From Candidatus Omnitrophota bacterium (GTDB lineage Bacteria > Omnitrophota > Gorgyraeia > Gygaellales > Profunditerraquicolaceae), in contig JBAZUE010000001.1 of NCBI GenBank assembly GCA_041661605.1, forward strand, positions 414,928 to 478,927: a stretch of 64,000 nucleotides of DNA. The letters run 5' to 3'. The position numbers and the translations under genes are program-made. Below are positions 59,568 to 64,000 of this stretch, one piece after another. Position 1 is the stretch's first letter. The number at the start of each line of letters is the position of its first letter. The notes beneath the pieces are model-generated. The model saw only the letters and a list, made by a program, of their open reading frames with translations. It was not told the origin of the DNA and made no database searches.

Positions 59568-60326
59568 CTACGGGCAGAGCTTGGTTGAAAAACCTTCCCG
59601 GGAAAGTCTGCTCTCTGTATCCAACGCCTCTGTTTGTGTTTTAAATCTGCCGACTTTAACCCGGTAACCTTCGCTTGAGCCATCTACATAAGCAGGATAC
59701 CCCATAGCCGCCAGTTTATCTTTAAAATTAACGGCATTCAAATTCTTCACAAAAAACCCCACTTGTACCGAGAATCCACCGGTTTCATTCACAACAGGAA
59801 CGCTTGCCGGTATGCCCTTAGAAGGCCTTAATTCCAGGCTTAAAGGAAAATCCCTTTTTAACTTCATCAGATATTCATTAAACTGCCGATTATTACCTTT
59901 CCTATAATTTGATTGGCTTAAACGATACAATATTGCCGCCTTCAAGTTTATATTGGGGTAATCCTCAAGCAGTTTGTTATAAATATCTTCCGCCTCCTGA
60001 AATTGCCCTTTAATTAAATAAGTATCCGCTGAAGCCATGGCTGCCTGCTCTTTAAATTTACTAAAGGGACTGTTTAAAATCTTCCGGAAACATTCCTGCG
60101 CCTGGTCCAGCTTATTCTCTTTTAAATAGCTCAAACCTAATAAATAGACCAGCTCATCCGTACCCTGGATATTGAAACAATCTGCCTGAGTCTGCGCCTC
60201 AAGTATTACCCTGCGGTAATTTCCCTGCAGGAAATCAGCTTTTAAATTATCCAAATTAGCCGCCCAAGAGATAACCGGAAAAAGAAAAACAGCCAAAATT
60301 AAAAAATACAGCTTAAGCTTTTGCAT
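59568..60326 (-). CDS. Secreted TPR-repeat protein with a C-terminal SPOR (peptidoglycan-binding) domain
   Basis: A signal peptide, TPR-like repeats, and C-terminal FSVQVGFFVKNLNAVNFKDKLAAMGYPAYVDGSSEGYRVKVGRFKTQTEA (SPOR pattern). Confidence 0.8.
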   Translation of the reverse strand: MQKLKLYFLILAVFLFPVISWAANLDNLKADFLQGNYRRVILEAQTQADCFNIQGTDELVYLLGLSYLKENKLDQAQECFRKILNSPFSKFKEQAAMASADTYLIKGQFQEAEDIYNKLLEDYPNINLKAAILYRLSQSNYRKGNNRQFNEYLMKLKRDFPLSLELRPSKGIPASVPVVNETGGFSVQVGFFVKNLNAVNFKDKLAAMGYPAYVDGSSEGYRVKVGRFKTQTEALDTESRLSREGFSTKLCP

Positions 60327-61461
60327 ATTTGTGTTTGGCCCTCAGTTTATTTGAAATCCTTCTCTGTAAATCAAGAATCTTCTTATGCCGCTTCTCTTTC
60401 TCCTCTTTAGTCAATAGATCAGCAAATTTTGCCGCTGCCGTATAAGGCCTGGGGGAATATTTAAAAATGTAGGCAGCGTTAAATCCTATTTTCTCAATTA
60501 AATCACAAGTCTCTTTAAATTCTTTATCAGTTTCAGTAGGAAATCCCACAATAATATCTGTAGTCAAAAGACCACCTTTAACAATTCTACGATAAGAATC
60601 AATTAAAGCCAAGTATTCTTTTACCGAATACCCCCGGTTCATAAGTTTAAGGATCCTGTCTGTTCCTGACTGTAACGGTAAATGCAATGATTTGTTCAAT
60701 TTATCTAAATCACTGACAGCCTGGAAAAGATCAATATTGGCATCTTTAGGATGAGAGGTAAAAAAATCAAACTTTTTTAAACCCTCTAACGCATTAACCT
60801 GCGTTAGCAGTTTTGTAAAATTAACCCCATCCTCCAGATACGAATTGACATTTTGACCCAAAAGAGTAATTTTAGTAATTCCTCCGGCGATAGCCTCCTG
60901 AATTTCCGTAAGTATGTTTTTATTCTTCCGGTGACGCAGGGGCCCGCGGACATACGGCACTACACAATAAGAACAAAAATTAGAACACCCTTCGGATATA
61001 ACCACATACGCATGATCTTTATCCTGGAAAAAACCTGTGTGGTAAATTTCCTCCGGACGCTGAGAACTATCCACCTCCCAAATTTTACGCTCAAGAAGTC
61101 CTGCCGAAGAAAGTTTATCCAATATTTCCGGTATTTTATAGATATCCTGCGGGCCGGCGACAAAGCTGACATTGCCGTCACGCTGGAAGGCGCGTTCTTT
61201 GTAATTCTGGGCCATACATCCGACTAAACCGATTATTTTAGAACCCTTATAACTCCCAATCAAGCTCCAAACCCGGTCCTCGGCATGCTGGCGCACAGAG
61301 CAAGTATTAAATATAATAATATCTGCTTCTTTGTCAGAAGCGCAAATTTTGTAACCCGCGTTTTTCAGCAGTCCACAGATCAGCTCGGAGTCACGCACAT
61401 TCATTTGGCAACCGAAGGTGCGCACAAAAACCTTCTTTTGTGTATCGCTTTTATTTGTCAT
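60313..61461 (-). CDS. miaB: MiaB-family radical-SAM methylthiotransferase lacking a recognisable C-terminal TRAM domain
   Basis: UPF0004 domain VFVRTFGCQMNVRDSE and radical-SAM motif EGCSNFCSYCVVPYVRG. The ORF ends at 382 aa (…RISNKLRAKHKYAKA), just after the radical-SAM core. Confidence 0.85.
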   Translation of the reverse strand: MTNKSDTQKKVFVRTFGCQMNVRDSELICGLLKNAGYKICASDKEADIIIFNTCSVRQHAEDRVWSLIGSYKGSKIIGLVGCMAQNYKERAFQRDGNVSFVAGPQDIYKIPEILDKLSSAGLLERKIWEVDSSQRPEEIYHTGFFQDKDHAYVVISEGCSNFCSYCVVPYVRGPLRHRKNKNILTEIQEAIAGGITKITLLGQNVNSYLEDGVNFTKLLTQVNALEGLKKFDFFTSHPKDANIDLFQAVSDLDKLNKSLHLPLQSGTDRILKLMNRGYSVKEYLALIDSYRRIVKGGLLTTDIIVGFPTETDKEFKETCDLIEKIGFNAAYIFKYSPRPYTAAAKFADLLTKEEKEKRHKKILDLQRRISNKLRAKHKYAKA

Positions 61462-61553
61462 TGGTTATGGAATATTTTTAGTCGTATATGGTCATGGAAA
61501 TTTGCCTTAAAAGTCATGCTCATTCATCGGCTCTAAATTACGGAATTATGGGT

Positions 61554-61589
61554 ACATGTAAGAAATTAATTAGGTGCGTGCCTCCGGAA
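61554..61589. repeat. Copy A of a 36-bp intergenic repeat
   Basis: ACATGTAAGAAATTAATTAGGTGCGTGCCTCCGGAA, starting 2 nt after the stop of the TIR-like gene. It is 31/36 identical to copy B at 62404-62439. Confidence 0.85.
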
Positions 61590-61590
61590 C

Positions 61591-62361
61591 TCATAGGACT
61601 TTGTCATCCTTCAGCGCACGTTTAATATGAAACTCCCAGGTAGGATGCAAAGAAAGCTCATCACCAGAGTTAAGATTATGAATACGCTCTACCAAGTTGA
61701 CGACGCCTAACTGGGCTATTGCTGTCCTTACTGCTTGATGAACCTTGTTATCATCCCATGAAAACTTTGACTTAACGCTTCTCTTCAATGTAAACTCCTT
61801 CACCCGTAAACCGCCTTCCTCCACAAGGACTCCGAGCATCTGTTTGGTCTCTACTGAAAGCGAATCCCATTTTTGTCGAAACTTCTGATCAGAAGCAACT
61901 GAGAGGAAATGTGTACTGTTTAACCAATTATTAACTTGTTGAACCAATCCTATTTCATCCAATAATGGCTGCGGATTTACTATTGCCCCTTTTGCCACTC
62001 CCTCCATCTTATTAACACTTTTGTCGGCAAAAGTGATTATTGGGATATCAACGCCTTCAAAATGTTTTCGATAAGCCAAAATCGCAAATTCTTGATTAAC
62101 CCAAAGAGAAGAATAATGTCGACGTGATTTACCGGAAGAATCAATGATTTCCCCGCGGTCATGGAATAAGAGCACTGCACCTGAACAACATCTCAATGCC
62201 TCGAATATATGCGTGTTAGCAGGAGTAAGATTTTGTTCTCCTTCCGCAAAGAAGCCCTCAAAACCCGCAGTGTTATCAATAGTATTCTTGATTGCCTGAC
62301 CAATACGTATTTCATCGGGAGTATTCTGTCCACAACTCACAAAAATTAAAGTTTTTTCCAT
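61591..62361 (-). CDS. TIR-like domain protein with an uncharacterised (possibly winged-helix-like) C-terminal domain
   Basis: The N-terminal ~150 aa follow the TIR/TIR_2 layout: LIFVSCGQNTPDE (betaA), GFFAE, CCSGAVLLFH, then SSLWVNQEFAIL, where W-x3-E parallels the catalytic-Glu helix of TIR NADases (SARM1 WVHKE). AAGGAA SD-like sequence 5 nt before the ATG. The assignment rests on motif recognition only. Confidence 0.6.
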   Translation of the reverse strand: MEKTLIFVSCGQNTPDEIRIGQAIKNTIDNTAGFEGFFAEGEQNLTPANTHIFEALRCCSGAVLLFHDRGEIIDSSGKSRRHYSSLWVNQEFAILAYRKHFEGVDIPIITFADKSVNKMEGVAKGAIVNPQPLLDEIGLVQQVNNWLNSTHFLSVASDQKFRQKWDSLSVETKQMLGVLVEEGGLRVKEFTLKRSVKSKFSWDDNKVHQAVRTAIAQLGVVNLVERIHNLNSGDELSLHPTWEFHIKRALKDDKVL

Positions 62362-62403
62362 TTTTATTCCTTATTTCATCTGCCACGTGGCCAAATCCCG
62401 ATG

Positions 62404-62439
62404 ACATGTACGAAATTAATTATGTACGTGTCCCCGGAA
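62404..62439. repeat. Copy B of the 36-bp intergenic repeat
   Basis: ACATGTACGAAATTAATTATGTACGTGTCCCCGGAA, 43 nt upstream of the TIR-like gene start. It contains an internal imperfect palindrome ACATGTAC/GTACGTGT around an AT-rich core. Confidence 0.85.
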
Positions 62440-62502
62440 TTATTACGCTAAGGGAAAGAACGACTCCCTGAATAATCTACTTGTGAATGCCTAAAAGACT
62501 AT

Positions 62503-62640
62503 TTATTGTTCCTTTTTCTCCAAAACTTTTAAGATATCACTGAGTAACCGATTCAACGTATGTGTATTAGTTGTATTGCGCTCTAAGTTGATAGCGATAT
62601 ATATTAGCAATCCTATAACAATAATAAAAAATATAGCCAT
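62503..62640 (-). CDS. Unannotated 45-aa single-pass membrane peptide
   Basis: Reverse-complement translation: MAIFFIIVIGLLIYIAINLERNTTNTHTLNRLLSDILKVLEKKEQ*. AGGAGGG lies 7 nt upstream of the ATG, which is 25 nt after the DUF2971 gene stop. It falls below the ORF-track length cutoff. Confidence 0.5.
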   Translation of the reverse strand: MAIFFIIVIGLLIYIAINLERNTTNTHTLNRLLSDILKVLEKKEQ

Positions 62641-62665
62641 TTATTTACCCTCCTTTAATGATTAA

Positions 62666-63505
62666 CTATAACGCGCTATCAGAAGATTCGATATTTATCT
62701 TATATGCAATGTCGTCTAATTGAGCCCTTTTGATTGAAATTGGATTGTTATTCCTGTTCCTTAAAATTCTTTTTAGTATATTTTCATTTTCTTGCTTCAT
62801 TTTGGCACCTAAGATAACCCCAACAAGACACTCTCCGGGAAACCCGTAAGCCGTCCCTGGCTGGCGGTTTGGACCTATTATTCTGTACTCTGATTCGTAT
62901 TTCCAATCAGAACTTTTTGTTAAGAAAGCATCATTAATTGCATCTTTTTTCCGTTTAAAAAGATTTACTTTTGGGCGGTTAGGTTTATAAAAAACCTGCA
63001 ATGCTTCTCCGAAAAACGGTGTATTGGGTGTCCTTGCAAATTCGAAACATACTCCTGTATGAAAACTAGCATAATGGGCCCACATCAATAAGCTGTCTGG
63101 CTTTTCAGAAAAGCAACAAATTCCTAGTTCTTCGTTGATGGCTTTTTGCATTTTTGATTTTTCGCTCTCAACAAGTTTATCTGAAGTTATTCTGTTTTCC
63201 AGCCAATTATTTTTGACTTCTTCTAAATCTTTTACTGCATAGTTACCACTTTTAGACAATTGAGCATGCCAATATTGGAAATCCTTAGGTGGCGCATCGT
63301 AAATAGGACAACAATCAAAAGGATCGTTAAAATCAGCTAAGCGTGAAAAATAGAGCTCGTTCTTCTCTACTACATTTCTCACGCGCAATAGGTCATCTTG
63401 GTTATTTTCTTTTAATGGAAAATATTTATATAAAATGGTACCTCTCGGCTTTAACCAGTTTTTAATAAATTCTTTCATAATTTCTATCACCCAACTCATT
63501 CTCAT
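62666..63505 (-). CDS. DUF2971-like protein
   Basis: LYKYFPL...LYFSRLADFNDPFD and LLMWAHYASFHTGVCFEF match the two signature blocks I associate with DUF2971. The start is ambiguous (ATGs at 63505, 63499 and 63478; none has a strong SD). Confidence 0.7.
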   Translation of the reverse strand: MRMSWVIEIMKEFIKNWLKPRGTILYKYFPLKENNQDDLLRVRNVVEKNELYFSRLADFNDPFDCCPIYDAPPKDFQYWHAQLSKSGNYAVKDLEEVKNNWLENRITSDKLVESEKSKMQKAINEELGICCFSEKPDSLLMWAHYASFHTGVCFEFARTPNTPFFGEALQVFYKPNRPKVNLFKRKKDAINDAFLTKSSDWKYESEYRIIGPNRQPGTAYGFPGECLVGVILGAKMKQENENILKRILRNRNNNPISIKRAQLDDIAYKINIESSDSAL

Positions 63506-63599
63506 ATATCATATTAAGAAATTCCAAGATAGTCGTACAATACTGCACCCAACGGTCAGCCCAGAGTCCGTATAAAATTTTTTTCATATCTTTATTCAT
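63462..63599 (-). CDS. Possible 45-aa ORF bridging the methyltransferase and DUF2971 genes (speculative)
   Basis: The ATG at 63599 overlaps the TGA of the upstream gene (ATGA). It translates to MNKDMKKILYGLWADRWVQYCTTILEFLNMIYENELGDRNYERIY* and overlaps the longest DUF2971 ORF. No independent support. Confidence 0.2.
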   Translation of the reverse strand: MNKDMKKILYGLWADRWVQYCTTILEFLNMIYENELGDRNYERIY

Positions 63600-64000
63600 T
63601 TTTCCGCAACAACAAGCATTTCAAAGTCATCTGTAGTCAGCTTATCGTTTCTCGAGTATGCCCCAAGCTTCGCGCCAAAGATGTCGATCTTTTTGAACCC
63701 GAGCGTCTTTAAAAGCCACATTATCTCGCTGGGCACGTAATAACGCTCGTTGCACTTAAGCTCCCTTTTATTGCCGGAATCGTCCTCAAAAACAGCAGTG
63801 TTATGATCACGGAAAGTCATCAGATCAAAGGAGCACTCCTTACACTGGGACTGGCCTTCTTTCTGCGCCGACTTATAGAAGTCATTGACAGAATGAAACA
63901 GCGGGAACAATCCGTTTAATGTGGTGAAAATGAGCTTGCCTTTATCCTTCAGCGCTTTTGTTGCGTTCTTGAGGATTTCAAAATTCATCTCATCTGTTTC
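63596..64000 (-). CDS. Class I SAM-dependent methyltransferase, C-terminal part (partial: the 5' end lies beyond the right edge)
   Basis: The frame stays open upstream of the listed Met to the window edge (…ETDEMNFEILKNATKALKDKGKLIFTTLN). This is the typical post-motif-III region of Methyltransf_11/25-type enzymes, followed by a substrate-lid-like region. Confidence 0.65.
   Translation of the reverse strand, partial: ETDEMNFEILKNATKALKDKGKLIFTTLNGLFPLFHSVNDFYKSAQKEGQSQCKECSFDLMTFRDHNTAVFEDDSGNKRELKCNERYYVPSEIMWLLKTLGFKKIDIFGAKLGAYSRNDKLTTDDFEMLVVAEK

Noticed and set aside
61554-61589. The 36-bp repeats as integron attC sites or rho-independent terminators
   Set aside because: No RYYYAAC/GTTRRRY core sites and no integrase in the window. 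The internal palindrome is weak on the minus-strand transcript (C-A mismatches) and is not followed by a U-tract.
1-64000. CRISPR arrays, IS elements, transposases, integrases, reverse transcriptases, prophage genes, rRNA
   Set aside because: Reading both strands and all translated ORFs, I saw no repeat-spacer arrays, no DDE, tyrosine or serine recombinase motifs, no RT motifs and no rRNA-like sequence. This was a visual scan, not an exhaustive computation.

Overview
This is a 64-kb bacterial chromosomal segment with moderate GC. It probably comes from a diderm, since it carries an LptD-like protein, a large beta-barrel-type OMP and an LPS/nucleotide-sugar cluster. It may be an anaerobe, given the corrinoid Fe-S protein and its activase. 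Coding is extremely dense and almost entirely on the minus strand; the only substantial plus-strand gene is a 1066-aa ORF at 11478-14678.

Most of the window is ordinary housekeeping: tsaD, gatCAB, plsY-pgsA-lepB-lepA-cmk, an aromatic amino-acid block (tyrA-aroF-hisC-pheA), scpB, ruvAC, rpoD-dnaG, nucleotide-sugar genes, lptD, accD, the hrcA-grpE-dnaK-dnaJ operon, hflX and miaA/miaB. There are also several c-di-GMP signalling proteins.

Items the ORF track does not show, found by reading the sequence:
- A type-A RNase P RNA (rnpB, about 28790-29178, minus), hidden under spurious ORFs and overlapping the 3' end of an RNase HI gene.
- Two tRNAs (Val-CAC and a CAU tRNA).
- A near-perfect CIRCE operator upstream of hrcA.
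- A partial RACo-like gene running off the left edge.
- A larB gene split by a frameshift.
- A 45-aa membrane peptide gene with a strong SD.
- Several corrected start codons supported by SD sequences.

The best candidate for something new is the last 2.5 kb (about 61.5-64 kb). There the housekeeping run ends in a co-directional accessory block: a partial SAM-methyltransferase, a DUF2971-like protein, the 45-aa TM peptide, and a TIR-like protein carrying a WVNQE catalytic-Glu-type motif. The TIR-like gene is bracketed by two 36-bp imperfect direct repeats (31/36 identical) spaced 850 bp apart.

A second unusual module is a bactofilin fused to an excisionase-type HTH, next to a tail-anchored HTH protein.

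All product calls rest on my recognition of motifs in the translations. No database search, HMM, RNA covariance model or composition calculation was run.
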